This document shows positions 13,401 through 24,298 of a stretch of DNA of 64,000 nt, one piece after another. Source of the stretch: Camelus ferus. Lineage: Eukaryota. Position 1 is the first letter of the stretch, and each line of letters starts with the position of its first letter. Below the pieces are notes generated by a model, which had not been told where the DNA came from, did no database searches, and was given only the letters and a program-made list of their open reading frames with translations. The stretch lies in the NCBI RefSeq assembly GCF_009834535.1, contig NC_045696.1, positions 15,440,001 through 15,504,000 on the forward strand. The letters run 5' to 3'. A program made the translations under genes and the position numbers.

Positions 13401-16400
13401 TCTCCCACCATCACAGTCCCTCAAGGAACCTCTCTCTTTCAGCATGATACAATACTCAGAAAACTGATACTCAGTTCAACTGATACTCAGAAAAAAAAGT
13501 GATTTTCAGTTATTTAGGAAGATTAAATTCTGACACGCCCATAAAAGGCAACAAAGCCATTGCTGTTTTTAAGCAGATAGTCTCACAAAATTTATACAAT
13601 ATTTAGGTCGTTCTTAAAGAATACCTTGCCTAGAAAATCTTTGTATGGAATAGCTCGTCGGTGGCCTTCCCACCTCCAGCAGTGCTGGAGAAATGTGACC
13701 TTAGGGTACAATTACATTCAAGTCATTGGATTTGTTTTTTACATTATTAGCCATAAGTAGCTGGACATTGTAGCCCTTTATCACTGCCAAATTTAAATTT
13801 ATTAATCTTGAGTGTTTCCTGATTTAGGTCCAACAAGAAGTAGGCAACACTTAGGTTATGGTGGAAAAGTCAATGTGCACACTCGAAAATCACTGTGCCT
13901 GCAGATTTGTGATGCAGAAAGGAAAAAGCCAGGTCTCACAGGGAATTCTCTCCCACCCCAGCCTGGCCAAGATACTTGTAGACTTTCTGCAGTGTTTCTA
14001 CAAGTTAGCTCTAGGCAAGCTGGCCGGGAGGATGATCCCCCAAAATAAAGGTAAGCACTTGGCAGAGAAACTGCTCAGCAAAAGCAGGTTATTAAATTTC
14101 CTTTCTCAAATGCTTCATAACCTTGAAGCCAAAAACAACAGCTGTGTCCCCTGGATCCCAAGTCCTCAGCACCGGTTGATAAGAAAGGCCACTACCTACG
14201 TAGACACAGCTCAAGAACACCCAAGACACGGGCTGCAAAGGAGAATCTACAGACAGCTGTGAAAAATTAACAGGTAGCATATTTAAAGAACTAAGTTTAC
14301 AGCCACTTGCTAAACACAGAACTTTGGAGATAAAATGGTATTAGAAAACCAAGTCTCTGAATCCTTGGTAAGTGTAGACAAGAGAGCTAGTGATATGACC
14401 TTAAGGTCCAGTTTTCAAGGTCATACTCATAAAATTCAAAGCTCCTTGTGGAGTGTCTTGATTTTTACAATAAATAGGTTCTTTAACAGAGTCTGTCAGT
14501 AAGATGTATATTTGAAGTCCACGGTGACCTGTATGTTAAAAAACTATGCTTTATCTTTTAACACAGAGAATTTTTAACCTAATTTCCTTGGCATGACACC
14601 TGCTAAACTGTACCGATCTTCTAACCGTTTCACAAAGAAATGCCTTGAATTACTTTGGTCGGCAGCAGTCGTCATGGCCCGAGTTAGTTCATCCATCCCT
14701 GAGCCCATAAGGCATCAGTGTCCCTTCTAATGTTAGACGTTCAAATAAAGACCTAAAAGGAGAATCGCAGGGCCAGAGAGGTGGCAGGAGGAAGTAAAAG
14801 AAGAGACTCTGCCGTGTTGTGAGGCATCTTGGAACGAGTTTCATTAGGAATATTAACTGATATCTCCTGAGCCGTGGCTATTTGGGCCAATGCTTCATTT
14901 CATTCCTGTGTATTGAAAAGGAAGAGGAAACAGAAGTAACTATGGTGCTAGAAATGGGAGGGGAGGCGGAATGAAATGAATAAAGAACAACCAACTTTAA
15001 TCCGATAATTTTCTTTAATCATTAATATGAAGGCAAACAGGGCTAGAAGTCAGATATGAAAAACCAAAGATTTTTCTGCTCCATTTCCTGGAGGCAGGGC
15101 TTACTGTCCATCACCCCTTAGTGTACTTTTGGCCATGGAGAGACTACCACATTCTTTCTTTATTTGTCCATCACAAATCCCTGGGCCTTACTTTTTAAAA
15201 GTAATTTTTCACCTTACTTATAGCATTTATCTTAATTTAACATGGGTGGTAAAAACAAACAGGTGATGTGCACACATTTCTATTGTCTTTCTTTTGGAAA
15301 CTCTCCATCTATGTACACAAAATGCTGAACAAAAGGAAAGACGAAGGAAAGTGGGGAAAGAGAAAGAGAGAGGAAACGGAAAAGAACTAGGCAATTGTGT
15401 GGACCAGGGCAAACAGACAAAATGTCGGCAGTGAGGCCTAGATAGGAGTTCAGGCTGAGATAAATTTAAAAATACGTGAGTAGATGTTAAGAAATGGTTG
15501 AGAGTAAAAGGAAACAGATTAGGAAAGTGAACTAAAGATTAGATGCTTTTAGAGGTCAATATAAATGGTGCTAAAAGATTGATCAATTTCTTCTCTCACC
15601 CTCCTCCCCAAATTGTACACCTTTTTTTTTTGTAGATGGACAATGTTCATCCAACCCACTATTACTTAGATCTTAACTATTTCATATCATGAGATTCAGA
15701 ATCAGGATCTATACTGGGTTTTGTTGTTGCTGCTCCCTGGCACAAATCTGCCACTGGGTAGCGATCTCTGTACCTATTTTATTGCAAAAGGACATAATTC
15801 AACACAGAGATGAAATCAGCAGACTGTCTATTTCAGGGTTCACTGAAACTAATGCAGCAACAAACCTTAATGTTGAGAACACTGAAGTGAAAAATCAATG
15901 GCAAATCTGAAAGAAATAATTTTACTTTCAGTGATAAAAGATCGTCTCCAGATAACCTCTGAGGGAAAACCATAGCACTGAGATAACTTTTTTTTTTAAA
16001 TAGAGAAGCAAATGTGGTATTCATGTTTAAAACATACTTTGGTGTTGAGCTCTGTAAAGAGATGCCACATCTTGAAGTCTACTTGTTGTAGGCTGATTGC
16101 AAATTGCATTACACCTTTCTTTTCCCTCATCATCGGCCAGTAAGGCAGAAAGAATCCCGGTGACCACATGTCCAGGGACAGACGGTGAGTGATTTGGGCT
16201 GGAGATGATCAAGGTAGACCCAGGCTGCGTGCACCCACACACGTTAAAGACTTCAGCTAATATTTAGTTACACAGTTTCACAGTCTGTGCTTTTCAGTAA
16301 AATTAAAAAAAAAAAAAAAGTTTCTTAAAACAGCACTTTTGAAGAACTGGAAAGCGTTCTTGCTGCCTCAGAGATTTGTTGACAGTTTTCTACCATCAGC

Positions 16401-17254
16401 AGATCTGCTAAGCGTTCCCTGGTTTATACAAGGTTCTTTTTTTATGGAGCAAGGAAGATAATGCTTTTCCTGGAGTTCTGAAGTGCCTCATCTCGTTTTA
16501 TCTTCTAAACAAAGCTTAGTGAGCTTTCACTGTCATTCCTTCCTATTGCCTTGGTGTTGATGCTTTTCTTTTTACTTGATGTTTTTCTCCCAAAGTTCTC
16601 TTTGGCCGGATACTTATTTTTAATGCTTTTTCTGGCTGGCCTTAAGAAGCTTTACCTCTTCAAACGTTCTGGCTAAGAAGTTAAATAGAAACTTTTGCTC
16701 TTTATTCATTTTCATAGAATGCCTCCATCACAGATTGACAAATTTTAAGGCATTCATTTTGAAGAAACTTGAGTGTCGTTTTAAAAACATTTGCAGTAGG
16801 CTGTGCTGACTTAAAATGTGCTGAATATTCCATGTCTCAGTGGAAAATAGGATTTAAATATGCTTTTTGTTTGTTGAATAAAAAGAATAACTTGAATACA
16901 TCTGAAATGTTGTTAAATATGGGAGTAGTCCCAACTAGGATTGTTTTGTGTATTTCTGGGTTCCCCTTATATCTCTGTGAGCTGATTTTGCCCTTACAGT
17001 GTCACAGTGAGGAGAGAAACATTTCACAGATCTTGAAAATAAATTAGGGAGCAGTTAACTAACTTGGCCAAGCACTCAGCCATTTAGTGTTTTGCCAGAA
17101 TTAGACTTTAGACCGGGTGTTTCTACCATGAGGCAAGCTATCTACCACTTAAAGGATCCTTCTACGTGCCTGCGCTGGAGCAAGAAAATAAGAAATCTAT
17201 CCACGTTGCTAGGCAGAGGCAGGATGGTATAAGATGAGGAGGGGAGGCTCTGAG

Positions 17255-17445
17255 TGGAAAACCCTGACAGCCATGTGACTGACCTTGGGTAAGTGGTTCA
17301 TCTTTATGTGCCTCAGTTTCTGAATCTAGAAACTAAAGAAAATAATAGAATTCACTTCATAGAGTTCTCATGAAGATTGAATAAGCTAATACATTTAAAG
17401 ACCTGAAGGTAGTGTAAGTGTGTAACAAATATTAGTTATTTTTAG
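17255..17445 (+). mobile_element. MIR SINE
   Basis: MIR core: gaccttgggtaagtggttcatctttatgtgcctcagtttc...cttcatagagttctcatgaagattgaataag. Confidence 0.8.
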
Positions 17446-18452
17446 CATCGTTCATAATCAGCGTGTCAATTGTAAAATCAAATAAACAGAAAAATACAGG
17501 AACTGATGGGCAAAAAGCAAGCTCCCCTATGAAGAGAGAAAATTAATGGCGTTAACTCACTGGATAGGGACTCTTAAGGAAGCGTTTTGGGAGCACCTAC
17601 TTGTTTGGGGCAGACCCACTCCAAGGACCCAGCACGTACCAGTTAAATTCAACAACTGACACAAAGGGAAGAAAAAGGAAGAGATGAGTAAAAAAAAAAA
17701 AAAAGGGCCTGATCCCAAGTTTTCAGAGGTGCTTTCTCCCACTGCTCCTTTATTCTGTGATGCTTGAAAGCTCTTTATTAAAATTCTTTCAGTCTAGGAG
17801 AAAGACTTCATCTAGTTTATTGGGAGTCCTTGAGAGGTAGAGCTGGATCATTTTTCTATATTCCCAAAATCTAGTACCTTTGCTAGAACATTGTAGGTGC
17901 TCAGCACATGCTTGTTGAATGAGTGCAAGGATGAACGAGTCATCGCCTTGTTTATTTTTTACAGAATTAATGAAAAGATGACATGGAAGGGTTCATGAAA
18001 AGGGAGTAAAATGGGGCAATGGGAAGTAGAGAACGGGGTATAGAAAGAGTGCAAGGACTCAAAGTTGTATACACTTTATTATTATTATTAATTATTATTT
18101 ATTATTATATTCACTATCTCATTTTCTCTATGTCCAGCCCAATTTCTTTTAGTCCCTCACCACAATGGCTCTTTTCACAACCAATTATTATAAAATAATT
18201 TTATTTAATCAAACCACTGCCATCATTATGGATACCCCAAGCACATCATCCATTGGAAATCCGGGAGGAGGTTGACAAGCTCACGGAGGTGCCCAGCCTG
18301 GTCCCCCGTGGAGTCGCTTCTCCAGGACATCACACTGCAGATCTGTCTGGATGCATCGTGTTTCAGCACCAACCCGGGTCTTGCATTTTCAGGTCCAATA
18401 ATTTCAGAGATTTGAAATAGAAACGCAGAACAGTGGTCAATCTTGGTTATTC

Positions 18453-18930
18453 TGTTACCCCCAAAAGTAAAGACCCCAGTTCTTGTCATACCTGAAAGAC
18501 AAGTTTACAGTCGGGAGACGGTGCGTCGTGTAGTGAAAGATTTTTAAGATTTATTTAGAAAAAGGAAAGTGCACCTCCAAGAATGGGAGGCAGGCTGATC
18601 TAAGGGGGAAAAGCAGTGGTCTTTGTCTCTCCTTCTCTTACAACCTTGCTTAGAGATGGTCTTTTAATTGATTGACATGATGCTTTGTCATGTTTGGCCC
18701 CTTTTACAAGTGTCTTTACCCCTGGTTTTTACAGAAAAACCCATGGGGGGGGGGGGCGCTAAGCCGCAAAGTTAATTATAATACAGTTGTGTTTTAACCA
18801 GTTTCTTGCTGGCACTCATTCAGAGGAAGTAAAGCCCCTTTATGCTTATGGGCATAACCCCATCTTCCAGACCACCCTCCCTCTCCTCCAGCTATCTGCT
18901 CCATGCCCCGACTTATCTAACCACCTAACA
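18453..18930 (-). mobile_element. ERV1-like solo LTR, copy A (intron 3, abutting the exon 4 acceptor)
   Basis: TGTT...AACA termini, 478 bp. Colinear homology with 23322-23848. AATAAA on the minus strand near 18550. Probable 4-bp TSD ATTC/CTTC (one mismatch). Confidence 0.85.
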
Positions 18931-18940
18931 CTTCTTTTAG

Positions 18941-19224
18941 GTAACTGTTTGCTAGACCTACCACGCAAGCAGATCCTGGGCCCCGAAGAACTCCCAGGAC
19001 AGACCTACGACGCCAGCCAACAGTGCAACCTGACGTTCGGGCCCGAGTACTCCGTGTGCCCCGGCATGGATGTCTGCGCGCGCCTCTGGTGCGCCGTGGT
19101 GCGCCAGGGCCAGATGGTGTGTCTGACCAAAAAGCTGCCAGCCGTGGAGGGGACACCGTGTGGGAAAGGCAGGATCTGCCTTCAGGGCAAGTGTGTGGAC
19201 AAAACCAAGAAAAAATATTATTCA
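18941..19224 (+). CDS. ADAMTS5: ADAMTS5 coding exon 4 (disintegrin-like domain)
   Basis: cttcttttAG / GTaagt, 284 bp. Translates (G)NCLLDLPRKQILGPEELPGQTYDASQQCNLTFGPEYSVCPGMDVCARLWCAVVRQGQMVCLTKKLPAVEGTPCGKGRICLQGKCVDKTKKKYYS. Confidence 0.98.
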
Positions 19225-21054
19225 GTAAGTGATTTTCTTGTCACGCAAAGCCTGGAGACCCAAGGTCTGAAGTCTATTCCTGGGACATATGTGGGGCCTG
19301 TCACCAGAAAGGCTTTATTCCCTAGTTAGAATATTTTTTCCTGGAAAGATCTATATACAGATTCCTCCTTTACCCACAGGAGCCAACCTCAGTCCTCAAA
19401 TAGTGGAGAAAATACAGATCTCAGGCTATATACTGAAACAAAAACACAGAGCCCAGATTCTGTCGAATGGAGACCACAAGTAGGGCCCCAAATCAAGGTT
19501 TGGGAGTTTACTTTTGACTTCTCTTAAATGTTATGGGAACTTCACTAAGGAAATAGCCATAGACGTGATCCTCACACATACTTGGTGAGCTCCAAAAGGG
19601 TCATGTTTTTCCCCTTAGAGCAAGTTAATCTACCTGTAGGAATTGAAGTACACCTGCTCCAGGGAAACACCTCCTGCTGTTTCCAAACCAAAAAGTTCTT
19701 GTCCCCGAGGCACAGCAAGGCCAAAGAAACCAAAACGTAGGAGTTTCGAGCAGAGAAAGGTTTGTTGCAGGGCCAAGCAAGAATGGGTGGCTTGTGCTTG
19801 AAAAACTCAAACTCTCCATTGGTTTTCTGGGAGTAGGTTTCATAGGCAAAATTTAGGGAGAGGGCTGCAGGGTGTGTGACTGTTCTGATCGGCTGGTGGT
19901 GGGTAGCAGAGCAGTGCTCCAGGGATCTTGTGCTCAGCCAGAAGTTGCCATCCTCCACCTGGGTGGGGCCTTAATTCCTGCAGAAGAACTCAAAAGATAT
20001 TGTTATGGATACTCCTTGACGAGGTACCAGGATCCTGATTTAATGGCAACACTAGCCTTTCTTGACTGCTCCTCCTTGGACACAGAAAAGATTTGTACCA
20101 GGGAGGACCCCACAGGGTCCTGCTCCGTTTCACTGCCTCCCTGTGCACCCAGTCCAGCTTCAGGTCAGCCATCGCCACCTTCGTTTTCAAGGCCCACACA
20201 AAGCATTTGTTCCCTCTCAATCCAACATTTTCAGAGTCCCCAGAAGAGTGTTGCCATGTGCATGTTTCCTCTGCCCTTCAAGACTGTCATACAACTGAGC
20301 ATTCTCAGGTACCCTGACCCAGGCAGCCAGAGGAAGTTCTTCAGGAATTCCCTGGACAAAGGAGTTTCCAGTGTGCTTGCTTTTGGTCTCTCAGCTTCCT
20401 GCTGTAGTGTTTCCAGAGCAAGAGGCCTGGGGTGTCATAGCAGGGCTCTTCATTCTCTGTGGTGTGGGTGCATGTGACAGGTGCACGTCAGTATCTGTCT
20501 GTTTCCTCTCTGTGGGGTATAATGAAGTCAAGCCCAGGTCAGATACATTCATGCATGTGGCAGAGGGTCTGTCACAGATGGGATGTGTGATGTCCACCAG
20601 GGGACCGCAGAACTTCAATGCCAAAAAGGGAGAAAATATGTAAGCACTATCAGCTAATGCCTGAGTCATGCAAAACCTTTAGCATCATACTGTTTGTTAA
20701 ACATGCGAGATTAAGAGTGGACACAAAGTGAACTACGCTTCAGTGGTTATTAACCGAAATGCGCAGTATCAGAAGGCCATAAGTAACCCTTGCAGTGTGC
20801 TCAGAGCTTGGGGTGAAGTATTCAGACTCTCTGCTGCTGGAGAATGGAGAGGCAGACAAGGCGAGTTGCTTAGAACTGGAACTGTGTTGTAATTCCAGAG
20901 CGTCCAATACCTGTGGCCATGTTAAATTCAGTGACAATGTAACTGTATCTAAGATGAAGTTTCCTCTGAGTCATTGAATGCAAGTGATCTCCAAATGTAT
21001 GTTTTGAATGCTTTCCTCCCTTCTGAGTTAAAATATCTTCTATTTCTCTTTTAG

Positions 21055-21238
21055 ACTTCAAGCCATGGCAACTGGGGATCCTGGGGGTCCTGGGGTCAAT
21101 GCTCCCGCTCGTGCGGAGGAGGAGTACAGTTTGCCTATCGCCACTGCAATAACCCTGCGCCCAGAAACAACGGCCGCTACTGCACAGGGAAGAGGGCTAT
21201 CTACCGTTCCTGCAGCGTCATACCCTGCCCCGCTAATG
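21055..21238 (+). CDS. ADAMTS5: ADAMTS5 coding exon 5 (thrombospondin type-1 repeat 1)
   Basis: tttctcttttAG / GTacgc, 184 bp. Translates [61 protein letters not shown], with WxxW and CSRSCG motifs. This frame is absent from the ORF track. Confidence 0.98.
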
Positions 21239-21605
21239 GTACGCCGCTCCCGAGTGTCAGTAACCACCATGTGTCAGGTGTAATTTGTATTCTACCAGTC
21301 ATAAATAGGGAGGCCGGAGAAATAGCCTATTCATCTTGTCTGCACATTTCTACCAGTGTGCAAACCAATAACAAATACATGAGTGATTTTTATATTATTA
21401 CTGCAAACAACTGAGGATTCAGAGCGTAGAAAGAAAATAATTACTGTTTTCGATTTCGATAAAAAATCTTCCAATGCTGGTGTGTTAAGAGACTCTACAA
21501 AGAATAATAAGTTAGCATTTTCTCCTTAAAAGTATTTAGATGGATAAGAATATATCTAAGTTTCAGAACAGATCGCGTAATAATGCGATACGTTTGCTTT
21601 TTTAG

Positions 21606-21781
21606 GTAAATCTTTTCGCCATGAGCAGTGTGAGGCCAAAAATGGGTATCAGTCTGATGCCAAAGGAGTCAAAACATTTGTGGAATGGGTTCCCAAATAC
21701 GCAGGCGTCCTGCCGGGAGACGTGTGCAAACTGACCTGCAGAGCTAAGGGCACCGGCTACTACGTGGTGTTTTCTCCAAAG
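21606..21781 (+). CDS. ADAMTS5: ADAMTS5 coding exon 6 (cysteine-rich domain, first part)
   Basis: tttgcttttttAG / GTaact, 176 bp. Translates (G)KSFRHEQCEAKNGYQSDAKGVKTFVEWVPKYAGVLPGDVCKLTCRAKGTGYYVVFSPK. Confidence 0.98.
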
Positions 21782-22499
21782 GTAACTGCACACAGACTGC
21801 CACACACAGCAGGTGTCCTTGGTGGAGATTGTTTAAGAGAATGGGCCGTGCTCATACCAGATGTAAACAGTCATTATCTTGGGGGGTGGGGGCAGGATTT
21901 GGGGAGGTTTTTATTTTCACCTCTGTCGTTTCTATATTTTCAAACTATATACAATGAATCAAAATCATTTTGTAAACATAACGAGTAAATGTTTTAACAA
22001 CTATATTTGAAGAGTATGACTCTCTGTCAAGAAAGGTAAGAAGTGACCTTAACGTCACAATAATATTTCCCGGGTGCGTTTGTCAAGGAGACTAGGAGGC
22101 AAGGAAGCTTTCTGTTTTTCTCCCATGTAGTTAAGAATTCCTTTGTTGATTCATGAAGATAGATTTCAAGATCATCGTCTCTGACTTAGAATTTTAAATG
22201 TCTTGCATCTTTCATATGAATCAGTGTCCCTCTAGTTCTACACATTATAACGTGTGCATGTGACGTTATCCCTTATTTTCCACAGAAGAGCATTTTCTAA
22301 ATTACTTAAGTAATTCTCACAATCAACATTACACAGCAGTTTAAAATATTGTTTATCTAATTTGTAAATAGGTGCTACATTTGAAACCACCTCTGTAACT
22401 TAAGCTTTCAGATATTTATGACATACTATTGAAAAATTAGTGAATGTCTAACTTACACAACTTTTAAAATATTTTATCTTTTTATTGCAAAATAGTTTT

Positions 22500-22630
22500 T
22501 TTTCCAGTTTTTATTTTATTATTTTATTTTATTTTTATTGAAGTACCGTCAGTTACAGTGTGCCAATCTCTGGTGTACAGCACAATGTCCCAGTCTTGCA
22601 TATACATACATATATTCGTTTTCATATTTT
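22500..22630 (-). mobile_element. Short L1 3' end
   Basis: (TTTTA)n tail followed by ttgaagta..gtcagttacagtgtgccaatctctggtgtacagca. Flanking repeat tgcaaaata(g/a)tt. Confidence 0.75.
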
Positions 22631-22826
22631 AATGCAAAATAATTCATTTTTATTTAAAGTTGTATAGAGAAATAAAAGCAAAAATATTACTCGGAAATAT
22701 AATCATCTAGAGAGCTGTTAGTCTGTTGCAGTATACTCTACATCAGTTTACACACAGGTACACACACTTGTATCTTCACACACTTATGAAGAGTTTGATA
22801 TACACACAAATACAAAATACGTGTGC

Positions 22827-22885
22827 TTATTTGCACGTATGGCTACATATGTTATTTGCACGTATGGCTACATATGTTATTTGCA
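22827..22885. repeat. 25-bp tandem duplication (2.4 copies)
   Basis: TTATTTGCACGTATGGCTACATATG twice exactly, plus TTATTTGCA. Confidence 0.95.
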
Positions 22886-23321
22886 TTTACCAACATGCAC
22901 AAATCACTAGAGTCCATATACATACTGTTTTATAATGAGCTTTTAAAATATATACTAATTCTTTTATCCAAATATATTCAGTCCCTCCCAGTAACTACTT
23001 TTCTTTGACTTCCCCAGATTTCTGTTTTACATGAATTTGCCTCTATCTCAGCATCTCACAGTTCGACACAATAGGAAATGCTTTCCAACCATTGTGAGGT
23101 TGTGAATGTCAGACGTAGATTTTCAGTTTATTACTGTAATAACAATTATGCAACCAAGGATATCTGTGTCCTTGAGCCCACCCGTATTCTGTTCCCCACA
23201 TAAGTGACAGACAGTCCCATACATGAAGTGAAAGATGGACTCTGTCAGTAAAAAGGCAAGACTGTACCATGGGAGCTTATCATGCACATGGAAATGGAGA
23301 TCAGGACCCTGGGTCTCCTAA

Positions 23322-23848
23322 TGTTACCCCACAAGGGGAAGGGAAATACCCTAGTTCTTGTCGTAACCGAAAGATGGGAATACAGATGGGAGACAGAGCG
23401 TTACGTCGTGAAAGATTTTAAAGGATTTATTAGTAAAAGGAAAGTACTCTTCCAAGAACAGGAGGTGGGCTGATCCAAGGGGGAAAAGCAGCGGTCCCTG
23501 CCTGCCCTTTCTCTTATACCCTCGCTTAGAGATAGTCTTTTGACTGATTGACAGCTCTTGCCCCTGGAGTGCTTAGTCATGTTTGTCCCCTCCGCACATG
23601 TCCTTACGCGTGATGTACACAGAAAAACCCACAGAGGGGGCCTAAACTGCAATGCTAATTATATTACAACGAGCACTGGGTCACGTCCGGTTAGGTCCTT
23701 GTCGGATTCTAAGCGGTTTCTTGCTGCCACTCATTTAGAGGAAGTAAAGCCCCTTTATGCTGGAGGCAGGCATAACACCATCATCCGGACCATCCTCGCT
23801 GTCCTCCACCTGTCTGCCCGGTGCCCCCACTTATCTGCCTACTCAACA
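23322..23848 (-). mobile_element. ERV1-like solo LTR, copy B (intron 6)
   Basis: TGTT...AACA termini, 527 bp, perfect 4-bp TSD CTAA (23318-23321 and 23849-23852). Minus-strand TATAA (near 23515) and AATAAA (near 23428). Confidence 0.9.
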
Positions 23849-24122
23849 CTAACACATTCGGAATTAAGCTCAAGAGAGAAAGGGCATAACCCAGATCTAT
23901 CTCAATTCTTTCTGTCAATACATCAAGGATTTGTCAGTCGATACTCCTATTAACTAGGGGTGTTTTGGGGTTTTTTGTTTGTATGTTTTTTGTTTAGTTT
24001 TCAGTGTACTATCTCTTCCAATCAAATTTAAAACTTCCAAATTAGAACTTGCTGTTTTATCAAAGAAACCACGTTCACAAGCACAGGTATTTCCCACGGC
24101 TGACGTGTTTCCCATTGTTCAG

Positions 24123-24298
24123 GTGACTGATGGGACCGAGTGCAGGCCATACAGTAATTCCGTCTGCGTCCGGGGGAAGTGTGTGCGGACCGGCTGCGAC
24201 GGCATCATTGGCTCGAAGCTGCAGTATGACAAGTGTGGAGTGTGTGGAGGAGACAACTCCAGCTGTACAAAGATTGTTGGAACCTTCAATAAGAAAAG
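24123..24298 (+). CDS. ADAMTS5: ADAMTS5 coding exon 7 (cysteine-rich domain, second part, and start of spacer)
   Basis: cccattgttcAG / GTaatg, 176 bp. Translates [58 protein letters not shown](S). Confidence 0.98.

Noticed and set aside
18787..19329. 180-aa ORF as a novel LTR-ADAMTS5 fusion protein
   Set aside because: It starts at TTG and is simply exon 4 with stop-free intronic flanks. The LTR promoter faces the other way.
19872..20477. 201-aa ORF in intron 4
   Set aside because: GTG start, no recognisable domain, and overlapping ORFs on both strands consistent with locally higher GC.
18453..23848. A provirus or composite element that captured exons 4-6
   Set aside because: Each LTR has its own TSD, no gag/pol/env lies between them, and the exons are in normal gene order.
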